Source of the DNA: Podarcis pityusensis | Taxonomy: Eukaryota | Assembly: GCA_964106645.2 (NCBI GenBank) | Contig: OZ067043.1 | DNA length: 64,000 nucleotides | Direction: 5' to 3' (one strand) | Shown here: one piece after another, positions 1 to 12,932 of the stretch | Numbering within the stretch: position 1 is the first letter of the stretch | How the letters are laid out: each line of letters begins with the position of its first letter | Notes under the pieces: generated by a model | Seen by the model: the letters and a program-made list of their open reading frames with translations, nothing else | Told to the model about the DNA's origin: nothing | Databases searched by the model: none | Program-made: the position numbers and the translations under genes

Positions 1-605
1 CCCATCATTTGGACAGGAACATTGGGATGCTCCTTGCTGGCAGGGCTTTCCCACCAATGATGGAGCAACCTCCACAGCAAAGGTTAGGAGAGCCAAGCCG
101 GGCTGGGTGGAGGGATACCTCCATCACATCTAAACTCCCTCCAGCACAGCAGATTGGATTTTTTAATTGCTCTGCCCATCAGTTGTACCATTGCTTCCTC
201 TTCCCCATTTAAAGGTTTATATGGAGCTGTGGGATGAGAGTATGGTACACACACCAAAAAAAAACAAGGTACCTCCTTGATCTGGGTTTGTGTGGAGAAA
301 GAAGGAATAAAAACTGAAGGGTAAAGTGGATTTGGACTTGAAGAGAGAACAAAACCCCAGATGTCTATTTCTTTCTGTTGGAAGTGTGTTGTACTGCATG
401 CGGGTCAAGACTGCAGCTCCATCCACATATCAACTGAGGCTGAAATCTTCCAATGTTGTGCTTGAGAAACTATTTTAATTGGTCTGGGGGGAGAATGTGG
501 GAAGAGCAACCCTTTCTAATCCATCCTTCATCCTCAAGGGCACCAGTGCCTAGGAAAAGGGAAAGGAATCTTTATCAAGCAGTAAAGCATTCATACAAAG
601 GATAC

Positions 606-707
606 CTGTAGGGCTAAAATGTAGATGTTGTGTCCAACTTCCCGAGGAGAAACATCAGAGTTCTCACACTCTTCTTCTTGAACATAGGCTTTCTTAATGA
701 CATCAAC
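606..707 (-). CDS. ITPR3: ITPR3 exon 45 (102 nt)
   Basis: VDVIKKAYVQEEECENSDVSPREVGHNIYILALQ; ag / gtatcc. Confidence 0.95.
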
Positions 708-1905
708 CTGTGAAATATTTCAAACATAAGTCCTGGTCACTAAAGCAGGAATCTGCTATAGGCAAGGCTATAGCAATAGCATAGTAAACAGGTAGGCTTG
801 CCGTATGAGCAGAGAATCTGCTATTCTGTGAAGAATTTGGTGTCCTGAGAATCACAGCTTTCATTTTTAATAAGAAAACACACAGCCTTCCTGTTACTAG
901 CTCTTGTAGAGAAATGGACTAAAAATCTCAGAATCCAGAAGGGTTGAAAATAATGCCCTGAGTCTTTTTCCCTCCCACATAGCTGCCCCATCCTAGAGTC
1001 CACAAATTCCAACCCACCTCACCAACCCCTTATTCCATTCTAGTCTTTGCCAAATGTTTCCAAGTAGTATGGAAACCAAAGGGCAGCAAGGCAAATGTTC
1101 GTCAACTGACCAGCTAGTGTCTCAATTTTGACCCTACTGTATTATGGTCTCTGGGCAAACCTCAGGCTTGTGAGTTGATGAAGACCCTTCCAGGCCTATT
1201 TACTGGGCGTGAGGGATCTCCCGAGGCCATGTCCACTCTCCTCAGGTCACTTCCCCTGTTCCCACGCCATGTCCCTCACAGACCCTGCTTCGCGCCCTCC
1301 TTGAGGGCTTTTGCCTGCCTGGAATGTGTTCTTGGAACTGGGACAGAGTGTGTGGTTTGTCTTGTTGGAAGAAGAAGATACGTGGGTACAGAAACCTTGG
1401 GCTTTTGCCGAGTCACATCCATTGCTCTGCCTGCTCCTGCCTCAAACTCTACCCACCATTGGCATGAGGCTTCCAAAATGTTGCCAGCAAGGAAATGCAG
1501 TCCTCAGGTTGAAAAATGTTCCACACCCCTGCTATAATCTATTATTCTCTTGGTCCCTCTGCTGAATTTGCCAAGGAGCAAGGTAGCTGGCATATTGTCT
1601 GAAGAGTGCTCAGAGATGGTACCCATCTAACATGGTGCAGACTAAGACCAGTTACTTAGGAGCAAATGGATTCCACGTACGTGAAGTAAAACAGGTTATA
1701 TTTCTACAAGGCTCTGTCAAGAGGGAACTGCAAAGCTGATAAAGAGGAGGATGAGAAGCTGCTTAAAGGATGGATGTCCTATATCCCAATTGTGCTCCAC
1801 ACAATTCCAGGTCCCCTTTATTTCAATAATGATTTGAAGAGCAAGAGATCTCTCAAAAGCAGGAAAGACCACACAGAGCTATCCCAGGCCCCTCAACCTT
1901 CTTAC

Positions 1906-2001
1906 CAATTCCTGAGGACGAAGGCTGATGAGAATCCTCTCAGCATTCTCACTGTCATGCCTGCTCTCCATCAGGGCCAGCAAAAGCTTGGAGGCATTGT
2001 C
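1906..2001 (-). CDS. ITPR3: ITPR3 exon 44 (96 nt)
   Basis: [32 protein letters not shown]; ag / gtaaga. Confidence 0.95.
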
Positions 2002-2392
2002 CTAATAACAAACAAACAAAAGCTACTGCAGTAAAGATAGATGGTTTCAACACACCACGTATCTAGAGCGCACTCACTCTGCAAAGGATCAATCCTCCAT
2101 CAAAGCTACAAGAGAAGTCAGGATTCCAAAGGGATGAGGGAGAGCAAGGAGGAACCAATACATACTATGACTGGGTGGGCAGTATTTGAGAGGCAGGAAG
2201 CAGAAGAAGCTTGGTGCATGCAAAACCCTGTTTTGGCGCAAAGAGCTAGAATGATCACATTCAAATACGTTCTAGTCTGACCATGAAATAGTTGCATGCA
2301 GGAAGTCAACCCCCAACATGAAGCATCTCTTGCCATCCCATATCTCCCATCCCTCCCTGTCCCATCACCACATTTCCAGCCAAGCCATCTAC

Positions 2393-2503
2393 CTTTAGCT
2401 GAAGAACCAAGTCCATTCGGTACTTGCAGAGGGGGCTGATGTCATTGAGGATCAGGGCTGTGATGATGTCTATGCCGTTTGACTCATGGGTCACAATGCA
2501 GCT
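2393..2503 (-). CDS. ITPR3: ITPR3 exon 43 (111 nt)
   Basis: [37 protein letters not shown]; ag / gtagat. Confidence 0.95.
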
Positions 2504-2699
2504 CTGTGGGTTAATACAAGGGAGTTACTCAACTGGTTCACAGCCGACTCCAAATCTCTGCTCCTATTCAAATGCTGAGACATAAAAATTGATGCTTTAT
2601 CCAGCATCTCCATATTCTGAGTGTGTGAATCAAGGTGAACTCACGATTTCACTGGATTATGAAGCAATGTGATTTTATCCACAAGTCAGTTGGGGTTAC

Positions 2700-2900
2700 C
2701 TGGTTCTCATGACAGGGTCCCTGGCAATATTCTGTCAGTGTCTCCAGAGTCTGGGTGATGAGGGCCACGTTGTATTCATTGATGTAGAGGCCCAACAAGC
2801 CCAGCCGTCCTGTGGTACTACCACACATAATATCCAGAAACTGCAGGGTTTCACACACCAGATTGTAGTTGGTTTTATTGTTCTGACAGCGGAGGAAGTT
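2700..2900 (-). CDS. ITPR3: ITPR3 exon 42 (201 nt)
   Basis: [37 protein letters not shown]...[14 protein letters not shown]; ag / gtaacc. Confidence 0.95.
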
Positions 2901-3020
2901 CTGTGAAACCAAGAGCAGAGTTTAAGAGGCATCTCAGTGGCGGGCATCTTTTCAACAGCAGACATCACTTGGATATGAGATGTGCTGCAGAAGGGACCCA
3001 TTTCAGTGCAGGATGCCCAC

Positions 3021-3205
3021 CTGGAGATCCCGGTTATGATTCTCACACAGCAGCTGCAGGAAGCGAAGAATTGGCTCCATGATCAAGACAGACACACCCA
3101 TTTCATTGCTTTGGTTTCTATCCCTTGCATCATGGCCAGTCCGGAGCCCTACACCCATTGGATAACGGGATGGGGCGCTGGGCAGCATGAAAGATGTGAC
3201 TCGTT
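3021..3205 (-). CDS. ITPR3: ITPR3 exon 41 (185 nt)
   Basis: ERVTSFMLPSAPSRY...MEPILRFLQLLCENHNRDLQ; ag / gtgggc. Confidence 0.93.
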
Positions 3206-4011
3206 CTGCAAGGAAATCAACACTTGATCACTGGCTTAGCATATGAGCTGTGGCAACCTGTCTGGAAGGCCTAAAGCCAGTCTGACTCTTCAGAAAAAGA
3301 ACCCCCAACAGGCATCCCCCTTTGTTCCACTGAGCCTCTCCCTTCCTGTAAGCATCACCCAGCAGCTCAAGTGATGTCCCCTTTTTGACACTCTGGAAGA
3401 CACGGCCACTGAAGACTTTGTAATGTACTGACAGAAGGCTCACCCATTTTGCTGTCCTGGAGCATGGCTTCTACCAGGAAGCCGAGATACCATGTGGTTT
3501 AGGCTGGCAACAGTGACACACACCAAGGATCCCTGCCCCCAGTAATTAGGTGTTTCCCTAATATAGTTATTGCCAGCCTGGATGACAGACAGCCTTTCAT
3601 CTAAGCTGGGTGTTTCCTGGAGCTTTAGTTTATTAAGGACCAAGTTAACCTTACACTTGCAGAATGCTGAGGGAGCTGGCTTAAAGATTAAAAAAAAATT
3701 TTAAGAGGCTTAAAGAGATAAAAAATTTGCACCCATACTGTTTCTCAGTGCAAGGAACCTTTATTTTACCATGGAGGTCTGCATTCTTTCAGGAGTAATC
3801 TATGGGGGAATGCTTGCTGGTGATGGGCAGGGCCAAAGTCAGCATGTGGGGGAGCGGGTTAGAGCAAAGAGTGGTTAGGGCACTTCTGTCTCTCTGTCTC
3901 TCTTCTCGTCATCCACATGAGGTTGAGGGTTACATGCGACCCATAAACCACAGGCTCCTCTCTGCTGTCACAGGCTCTGGTGAGCCCAGAATAAACTGGG
4001 TTTCCACATAC

Positions 4012-4186
4012 CTTTGCTGGTATGGTCTGGGGAGTCTTTGTCCTCACGAGGTTTGTTGCCAATATCACTCATGTTCACAGTCACTGTAGACTTGACTTCC
4101 TGCTGAGCTTTCTTCATTCGGTCATGCAGAACTTTGAAGAACTTTTCTGACTTCTTGTCACCCGTCATCAAGTTATAGAATGATTT
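4012..4186 (-). CDS. ITPR3: ITPR3 exon 40 (175 nt)
   Basis: KSFYNLMTGDKKSEKFFKVLHDRMKKAQQE...PDHTSK; ttttgaag / gtatgt. Confidence 0.94.
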
Positions 4187-4897
4187 CTTCAAAAAGGGTG
4201 GGAGGAACAGGGACAGTGGTTAGACACTTAGACCTTGCAGGCTTCCCATAAGCATTTGGGAAGCCGTTGCAAAAGAGCAGGGTGTTGGATTAATGGGCCT
4301 TTGGCCTGATCCAGTGGGGCTCCTGTTCTGTTCTTATCCTGCTAGGACCGACCATTTCTTCCAAGGCCATCTGGATTACCTTTAGCAATCACAAGGTCTT
4401 CTGACAGGCAGCTCAGGTTTCATATTACAATTGGGATCTGATGGTCACAACACAAATTCCTATCCTGCAGATTTCCACAAGCCAGACTCATACTAAATTA
4501 ACATTTTCCAGATTGTATCAAGAAGGAAAAGAATAATGACCACAATGAAAAGAAGGATACCCAGCAGAGGAAGTCCATGGTTTGGTCTGCACCATCAGAT
4601 TTATAATATGACATCATGCTTCATCAACAATTTCCCCCAGAGGTAGGGAAGTTAGAATCTTACAAGATTTATGATTCATGTTATAGTTGAGGAAAATTAT
4701 ACTCCCATCAGCTTTTCAAAAACTTTTAGAAAAGCTTAAATTAGAACAAAGTTGGATATGTGCCTTTCAAAGTTAGTTATGCCCAGATCAGGTTTCTACA
4801 ATAAAGGAATGTTAATGATAAAGTCAAATGTTGTCACAACATGCTATTTTAAAGATGCACAGTAGAGGGAGCAAAAGTTGTTTAAGAAAATCTATTA

Positions 4898-5102
4898 CAG
4901 TCATACCTCTAGTTCCGTACCGCTCTGGTTACGTAACTTTCAGGTTACGAACGCGGCAAACCCGGAAGTGTTTACTTCTGGGTTCGCCGCACGCGCAGAA
5001 ACAATCTGCATGCTACGCGCAGTAGCGGTGCTCTACTTACGGACTTATCAGGGTGTGAACAGCACCCCGAATGGATCGCGTTCATAAGTAGAGGTACCAC
5101 TG
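4898..5102. mobile_element. Tc1/mariner (Tigger/pogo-like) MITE
   Basis: TA|cagtcatacctct...agaggtaccactg|TA. Confidence 0.8.
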
Positions 5103-5455
5103 TACTACAGTTAGGCATCTCAAGGGTACGATTTTAAAGAAATCTGGCTAGATGTCTTACAACTCATTCCTTCTTCCAATTATATAGTCAACCAACTGAT
5201 GTAATATTATTTTTTTAAGGATTAATTCCACCAAACATGTTTTGTGCTCGCTTGCTGGGGCACCCAAAGTCGTTGCCGCAGGATCACATCATACCATGGG
5301 ACAGTCAAATTTGGTAGCTCTGTCCCTGCCACGGTTGAGATATGTACCCCACAGTCACAGTATGGCATTAGAAGTTAAACTGAATTTACACTAGGCAAAA
5401 AGTGAGCACTTGGGTAGTTATCTGAACTTAAGTGGAAGCCGTTGCAGACACAAAC

Positions 5456-5625
5456 CTGTATCTCTGTGTTGCCCCCGTCCAGCAGCCGTATGGCCAGGCG
5501 GATGCTTTCCTGAAAAATCTTCTCATTCTTGGTGTTCATTATGAGGTCAGACACCAGCTTGGTGGCCCCTTCTCTGTCCAGCCGGCACTGAATGGCAGCA
5601 ATGACTGACCAATCCTGATCTTGGC
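5456..5625 (-). CDS. ITPR3: ITPR3 exon 39 (170 nt)
   Basis: [25 protein letters not shown]...[10 protein letters not shown]; ag / gtttgt. Confidence 0.94.
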
Positions 5626-6024
5626 CTGTAGGCAAAAAGAACATTAGGGGAAGAGGGAGATGGAGGCAGCCGAACAGCTTAAAAATCATAACTTAACTAA
5701 TACAGGGAGGAAGGCTAATTCAATAGTTAATGTGTCACCCTCAGACATGGAAAAATACGGTGCTCCATTTAATTACTACCCTCGGGCGGTTTATGTGACT
5801 TTGGCCCAATCAAGCACAAAAAGATGCAAAAACCATTGATGCTATTAAACTGTATTAAGGGCTACATATCAGCTTAAGTAGCTGGTGATAGTGAATAATT
5901 TGTATTTGCAAATAGTATTTGCTACCTTGGCTCCTCTATCCATCAGTTTTCTCTCTGCTTGGCCAGGGATACTAAACAGCCCCCTGGTTCACAGTGATAG
6001 CTTTGAAGAGCAGAAGGTAAGGCC

Positions 6025-6175
6025 CAAGGCTCAGTGGTAGAGCACATCCCCTGCACATAGAAAGCCCCAGATCCAAGCCATGGCAGGGCTGAAACCATGA
6101 GAGGGCCACTGCTAGTCTGCACCAGGAAACCCTGAGCTGGATGGACCAAGAGTCTGGTCCACAGTAAGCTGGATG
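6025..6175 (+). mobile_element. Degenerate tRNA(Ala)-like SINE
   Basis: gctcagtggtagagc head and gagctggatggacca tail shared with other copies. Confidence 0.65.
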
Positions 6176-6337
6176 CAACCAACATGTGCACCTTCAAGAA
6201 CATCTGAAATGCCCATCCTATATCTGTGTCCTGCACACCTGAGTGGCAGAAGATGGATTTAAGGGACTCAGAGAAGGGATGGGGAGAAAATGACACAAGA
6301 ATGAGGAAGATGAAAGCCAGAACTGCAGACTGCTTAC

Positions 6338-6428
6338 CAGTTCCAGAAGGGTCAACAATCTCCCCTTTGGAGCCAGACCTCTTGGTTTGCAGATAATTAG
6401 ACAAAAGCATTTTCCTCAATGTGTTGCC
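6338..6428 (-). CDS. ITPR3: ITPR3 exon 38 (91 nt)
   Basis: GNTLRKMLLSNYLQTKRSGSKGEIVDPSGT(G); ag / gtaagc. Confidence 0.93.
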
Positions 6429-7216
6429 CTGGCATGAGAAAGAAGTGGGAGGAACTGCTCATCATGATCATCATTATCTTTTGTATTTCAAACCATAACA
6501 CAAAGCTATCTGGGTGGTTTACAGTTAAAAAAGGGGGCTGGGGAGAAAGGAAAAAAATATAAAGCATAAAAGCAAAGTCAAAATTAAACAAATATTTAAA
6601 ATAAACAGAACAAACAACACCCTCCAAGATTAAAAACATGGATTAAAAAACCAAGAGGCCCAATAACTGGTTTAGAAGGCTTAGGTAAATAGAAAGGTAT
6701 CCACCTGGCACTCAAAAGTTAACAAAGATGATGCCAAGCAACCTCATTTGAAAAGCTGATCCATAACAGTGGTGCCACTACCAAAAAGGCCCTCTCCCCG
6801 AGAATTACTCCCTTACTTCATTTAGTGGAGGCACCTGGAGCAGGGCCTCCAAAGAGGATCCTAAGGTTCCAGTAGGCAAGTATGGAAGAAAGCTGACCAC
6901 TGTAAGGAACAAGATGCTGGACTGCATAGACCTTTGGTTTGAGCCAGCAGAACTCCTCCTAAGTCTTTAATATTAATGATCCATTTCATTCAGGCTCTCA
7001 GTGAATGAGTTAAACTCTGTGAAAAAGCAGTGACTGGACAGTTTTTGTGTAGTTACAAGATGCAGTGCCTTGTTATGAAGATGGGGGATCCTCTCAGAAC
7101 GTGGTAAAACAGGTCTGGCTCTTTGCCCAGAAAGCCTACCAGGGAAAACAGACTGAAAAAGTGAGTTTGCTGTGGAGGTACCTTATATGTGAGCCCAAAC
7201 CTCCTCAGCCACTCAC

Positions 7217-7325
7217 CCTCTCTCCATATTTGTTCCTCTTCATCAGCATCTGCTGCAGTGTCCTCAGCACCTTAATGCAAAGCTTCTCCTCACTTTCCAT
7301 CAGGTCTTTGGTGTGCTGGACCAAT
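7217..7325 (-). CDS. ITPR3: ITPR3 exon 37 (109 nt)
   Basis: LVQHTKDLMESEEKLCIKVLRTLQQMLMKRNKYGER; ag / gtgagt. Confidence 0.95.
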
Positions 7326-7520
7326 CTAGCAACACAAGAAGAATTCCTCTCATTTCCACTACCAGTATGCACACCCACCCACAAGGAATGTTACAAAATA
7401 CCAAGGACCCTGTTCCTAACTAGACAAGTCCACAGGCCACATCATTCTTGCCAACCAAGTCTCAAAGCCTTTAATTCTTTCATGCCAGCCAGCACTTTTT
7501 ATCTCCTCCTTCCAGGAGTA

Positions 7521-7905
7521 AAAAGTAAAATAGGTAAAGGACCCCTGGGCGGTTAAGTCCAGTCAAAAGCGACTGTGGGGTTGTGGCGCTCATCTTGCTT
7601 TCAGGCCGAGGAAGCCAGCATTTGTCCACAGACAGCTTTCTGGGTCATGTGGCCAGCATGACTAAACTGCTTCTGGTGCAACGGAACACCATGATGGAAA
7701 CCAGAGCGCACGGAAACACCATTTACTTTCCCGCCACAGCAGTACCTTATTTATCTACTTGCACTGGCATGCTTTTGAATTGCTAGGTTGGCAGGAGGTG
7801 GGACAGAGCAACGGGAGCTCATTCCGTTGCGGGGATTCGAACCACCTACCTTCCAATCAGCAAGCCCAAGAGGCTCAGTGGTTTAGACCACAGCGCCGCC
7901 CACTC
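7521..7905 (-). mobile_element. Sauria-type SINE
   Basis: tRNA-like head with B box GGTTCGAATCC, (ACCTTT)-like tail, TSD ccaggagta (7512-7520 and 7906-7914). Confidence 0.88.
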
Positions 7906-8116
7906 CCAGGAGTAGCCGGCAGGGCAGGACACTATTGCAGACCTGGCTTCTCAGCAGCAGCAGCATCACCAAGATGGCAGTACCAAGATGGGGGGGGGGG
8001 GCAGCAGGGAGGTTGAGGCAGTGTAAAAGCCCCACTCATGTGCTACCCTAACCACAATGTCACTACCAACCTGTCCCAGATCACTCTCCAGAATCTGTCT
8101 TCCAAGACCCACTTAC

Positions 8117-8265
8117 TTGGAAAGGAAACCGCCACTTTCGCAACGCTGGTAGGCTTCCGTGCCTTCCATGAAAAGCAGTTCTGGGCGGTGCAAGACGTCC
8201 ACCAGGACTGAAAGTTCAGCTTCTACCAGGGGCTGCAAGCGCTCCTCCAAGGAATTGATGATGTC
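8117..8265 (-). CDS. ITPR3: ITPR3 exon 36 (149 nt)
   Basis: [50 protein letters not shown]; ag / gtaagt. Confidence 0.95.
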
Positions 8266-8639
8266 CTGGAAAAGCACAGTCTCGTCAGGGCAAAGCTAGA
8301 TGCAGCTAGATGAGATTATGCTGCAGCGTAATCTGTTACTGAGTGCAGAATTCAGCATCCTGAATATCTTGGCTTTTGTAGAAAAAGGAAGGTGCAAGTT
8401 TCTAGTTTTGAAGCCTGCAAAGAGAAACCTGAAAATGTGTGGGCACAACCAGAGTATCAAGTATACGAAAGATCAGAGCTGCCATTTATGCAGGCTTCAG
8501 AAAGGCTGTCAACAGAATTGGGAGTTTCCTCAGAATGGCGTTCAGATTTTTATTTCTGACAGAAGAGCACCCTAAGCCCTTCCTTGGGGAGAAGCACACC
8601 CTGGATACCTTCCAAACAAGACCTCTTCTCAGTCCCTAC

Positions 8640-8824
8640 CTGCAGCTTCTCAATGATGTTTTTATAGTCCCACTGGTTGGTTGTTGCTGAGACCCGAGGG
8701 AAAGTACGTGAAGCTGTCTTGTAGCTGGAGGCATTCCTCTGTGCATTGCTGATGGAGGCACTGTTCAGCAGGGAGCTGACGTGGGCATCAAGGTCCATGG
8801 GTAACGCAATGGAGCGGCTCTTGG
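8640..8824 (-). CDS. ITPR3: ITPR3 exon 35 (185 nt)
   Basis: AKSRSIALPMDLDAHVSSLL...NQWDYKNIIEKLQ; ag / gtaggg. Confidence 0.95.
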
Positions 8825-9164
8825 CTGAAAGGAGAAAAGGCTTACAAACAAGGAAGGCATCTCAAGGTACACCCAGGGAACCTGGGTGATATCCCACAGC
8901 CTTGGTTCTGGCAGATCACCCATGCCAAGCCTTCTGTGAAGAACTAGTAGACCCCATGTTGGAGACCCCAGCTGGCCACCTCTGGTAGGAATTTCAGCCA
9001 TGCAAGATCTCAGGTTCCTAAATAACTGCAAGGAGAGAAGGTCTGTAGTCCAGCCAAACTAGAGGACTCAAGGATGTAGGTCTGATGGCTTTTCCTCATG
9101 TTGACCACAGGGGACAAAGCCCAGACAGTCCCCCTGACTCACTCAGCCCAAGACAGTTCCTTAC

Positions 9165-9285
9165 CAACCATAGCCAGCGTGCGTATGCAAGCTTCCACTG
9201 AGCCCTTGTGTTGCTGCTGCAGCCAAGGACACTCCAAGAGCCTCATGGTAGACTGGAGGAGCTGCACCACAATAGTCTGGTGGGT
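9165..9285 (-). CDS. ITPR3: ITPR3 exon 34 (121 nt)
   Basis: THQTIVVQLLQSTMRLLECPWLQQQHKGSVEACIRTLAMV; ag / gtaagg. Confidence 0.95.
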
Positions 9286-9649
9286 CTGCAAGAGAGGTGA
9301 GGCATTTAAGGGGACTGTTTCAGCACATTGCTTACACTGCTGTATCAGCTTCTATTTGGATACAATGAGACAAGGGGACCATGAGATCAGACTATAGGTG
9401 ATCCATAGATCCTGGAGTTTTTAAAAGAATGTAACAGCAGCTGGGGAGGCCTGAACAGGATCAGGGCTGTGGTACTAGGGAAGGGTTAACCCTTTCCCTC
9501 CATACCATTTTCCCAAATCAAAATTGCAAAGTAGCAGTTTAACTCACAGAGGGAAACATAAAAAGTATATTTTCCCCACAAAGCTAGCAGCAGCAGGTGG
9601 GGGATGCACAAATTGGATTAGGGAAAAGGTCAGGTGAAAAGGGAAATAA

Positions 9650-9695
<46 letters not shown>

Positions 9696-9895
9696 TATTT
9701 ATACCCCGCCCATCTGGCTGGGTTTCCCCAGCCACTCTGGGCAGCTCCCAACAGAATATTAAAAACACGATAAAACATCAAACATTAAAAACTTCCCTAA
9801 ACAGGGCTGCCTTCAAATGTCTTCTAAAAGTCATATAGTTGTATATTTCCTTGACATCTGATGGGAGGGTGTTCCACAGGGTGGGCGCCACTACC
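9650..9895 (-). mobile_element. Short 3' fragment of the same L2 family
   Basis: Reverse complement of about 19415-19639 (VVAPTLWNTLPSDVKE..FRRHLKAALFREVFN, 3' UTR, (TAT)n tail). Confidence 0.9.
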
Positions 9896-10436
9896 GACCC
9901 TCCACAGACCTGATCTGATTTTGCTGTATTTACATTTAAAAAACTAAGCAAGGTACCCAATCATGGATCTCCCACTGACTCGTCTAGTTACCCTTAGAAC
10001 AGCAGCTTATCAAATCAACCTCTTACAGTGGTTTTGTTTTTCGATTCTAAACTTGAGTTGAGGATCCACTCAATTGCTGATTGCTATCCTGATTCAAGTG
10101 GGAGTGAAAGAAAGAATGATAATATAAAGTGTGCAAACTGAATCCTAATTTTTAGCTATGGAGAATATTCTACTTCTGCTTCAGCAGGTGACACTGAGCT
10201 TCTCAAATACCTTTTTAGCTGACAAAGTATAGGCCAAGCCAAGTGGCATTCACCTTATGAATGCATCTGTCCCTCAGAAGAGAAGGGAAAGGCATGCTAC
10301 AGCTGGCCTATGTAGACACAGAATTATACTGCAAATCTTGTTCCTTAGAAGTACTGGGACCAGTGACATCCTTCCCAGTTCACAATTATGGTCCTACACT
10401 GGAACGGATTTGAGAACTGAAGCTACCCATTTGTAC

Positions 10437-10562
10437 CTGTAGTGAGGTGCTGTTCTCAGAGAAAGGAGAGCTGAAAAAAGCATGGATTGTGTCCAGCACC
10501 ACAGTGAGTACATACTTCTCCAAAGAGGGATCTGCCAGGCGCTTCTCACGCTTCTTGCACAC
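10437..10562 (-). CDS. ITPR3: ITPR3 exon 33 (126 nt)
   Basis: VCKKREKRLADPSLEKYVLTVVLDTIHAFFSSPFSENSTSLQ; ag / gtacaa. Confidence 0.94.
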
Positions 10563-11826
10563 CTGTGAAGATGGAGATGAAAAACAGTACTTCACTTTTC
10601 AAAGCACTCCTTCAACATTATCTTAGCAATCCTAACTACAACCCTATAAGGTAGGTTGATATTATTATCATCCTCCCATTGCAGATAAGAGGCTGTGGCT
10701 GAGTGGCCTCCTTCAGGCCACCTAATGAGTTTGTGGCTGAGACAAGTTCTCAGTTTGAGATTCCTCAGCTCATGCTTTTAGTGCCACCATTCCACCAGAA
10801 CTGTTGAGGCAGTGGATTATAGCTCATGGGACCAGAAAACAGAGCATGGAGATAATATTTCCAGAGTCCAGGTGGCATCTGTGAGTCAGAAGACTGGCAT
10901 CTCCTTCCCTAACCCCAAAGTCAGGGAACTGTGCAAAGTTTGCCTCTACCATGAATTACCAGTATTCTGTAATAGTAGGCCCTGGCTTGGGAGTTCCTAG
11001 CCTTGGGGCATACTGCCAAGCAGGAACAAATGTGCATTGCCTACAGTCATAATGGCACATTATAATTTGAGGAAGCAATTTCTCGTCAGACGAAACACAA
11101 GGACAATAAAACAGCGTCCTGCTTGGAGGACGGCATACCAGCTCCAGCACACTGAACAGTAATGAAGAGCCAAGACCATCTAGCTCAGCATTCTACCTTC
11201 CAGCTGGCCACATGCCAAAGGGAAGTTCACAAGCAGGGCATATCAGGGATATCTATTCCCTCCTGACAGCCTCCGGCATTTGGTAGCCAGAGGTTTACCG
11301 TCTTCAAACTCTGAAGTGATGCTGGCTATTACAGCTAATCCATTTGCAACTAAGCACAAAGAAAATACAGAGCACTGTTTTGTTTTACAGCGCCCCAAAT
11401 GAAAACTGTAATCAAAAACACACTGGGTTCCATAAATTATATTTAGTGCTCCTCTGAGGTTCTTTCTGCTCATTCTTGCATTAATGCCACCCTGCCTTTT
11501 CATCATGGCTAAGCGCCACTAATAGACCCATCTGTCACATGTGGTCACTAAATCCCATTGTTTTTGTTTCTGTTTTAATAAAACAGCTATTTTTGCTAAT
11601 GGCCAACAAAGCACCTTCAGCAATGAATTCTACAGATGGATGAGGTGTTGTGTGACACTTCCTCCTTCCGCCAATTCTTCAGCTAACTAGCTGTTCATAT
11701 AACTGCCATCAGCGAAACATCAGGCTTATGCTATGAGCAAAAGGACTTCCTTTTCACAAAGGGCAGTGGGAACCTCTCTCCCTAGTCCCATTATCCCAGC
11801 CACGCTATTTAGGTACCAACACTTGC

Positions 11827-11952
11827 CCTGGCCATGTCAAGAGTGAAGTTCTCAAACAGTGTCCAGATGTGGTTGCTAGTGTAGATCTCCTTCATCTCCA
11901 CCTCTGTGTCCACGTAGCAATGGTTGACAAAGTTGACGTAAGCAATCTTCAC
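11827..11952 (-). CDS. ITPR3: ITPR3 exon 32 (126 nt), GC donor
   Basis: [42 protein letters not shown]; ag / gcaagt. Confidence 0.92.
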
Positions 11953-12680
11953 CTGAAAGAGAAGAAGGGATGGGTCAGAAGCCCCTGCCTGGAGTGGGAT
12001 GAGAAGAGGCAAGGCAAGAAACCTCCACACTTATCCCTTCAGACTTCATAAGAGCATCTTTGTTTATATTGGTACCCCCAATACTTCTCTGAACCCCCAT
12101 CCACATCTGTACAAGAACACGGAAAAGGGGGGTTTGAGCCAAAAAAAGGGGGCTACTTCAGCATCTAAACACTCTGCTGCAAAGAGCAAAGGGTGCCCAA
12201 GATGCATTCTTACAACTCCATGATGAAGATTAGACTTCCTGATGGCCAAATGAAGCTTCCATAATCAGAGGAATTATGCCACCGCGTAGCAGTTACTGGA
12301 GACCAATAGCAAGAGACAAATATTGCCTTCATGGTCTGCTTGCTGGCTCTTCAGAGGCAACTGGCTGGCCAGTAGGAAGCAAGGCGCTGGTTTGATGGAC
12401 CCCTGGCCTGATCCAGAAGGATGCTGCTTATTCTTACAGTGACTGGCTATAAGGTTGCCCAGTGGGTATCATGGCCAAGCAGGGAATGGTTCATTCCTGA
12501 CACTATCCACCACATCACACTGGGGAATAACCATCTCACATGCATTTGAAAAGCAGATTTTCCTTTGTTTGGAATCGTGACTCTCCCTAGAAGGGCAGCA
12601 ACCTGGAATACAGGAACAACCACAAAGCCACAGCCTTTCAGCGCCTGCACCTCAAGCAGCTGCCCACATCCTGCCCTCAC

Positions 12681-12932
12681 CTCCGTGATGCAGTCTTCGT
12701 GAGTGACCACTCGCACCACGTCCTCCAAGGGGAGGAGAGAGGTGCACTTGATTTCTGTGTAGACGTTTTTGCCTTCAGCACAGGCTGCCAGCAGATCCAC
12801 CAGGGAGATGTGGTACATGAGGGGGCTGTTCTCCTCTACTCCGTCCCGGGCTGCTGTCATCATCTCCAACATGTTGGCTAGGGAGGCCTTATCGTTGTAA
12901 AACACCACCACGTCATCCCCAGCATTGGTCAG
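12681..12932 (-). CDS. ITPR3: ITPR3 exon 31 (252 nt)
   Basis: [18 protein letters not shown]...[10 protein letters not shown]; ag / gtgagg. Confidence 0.95.

Noticed and set aside
430-475. Possible ITPR3 exon 46 (LKHN-like text)
   Set aside because: Does not continue as the expected LSRHNKQLQHLLKP; exon 46 is probably outside the window
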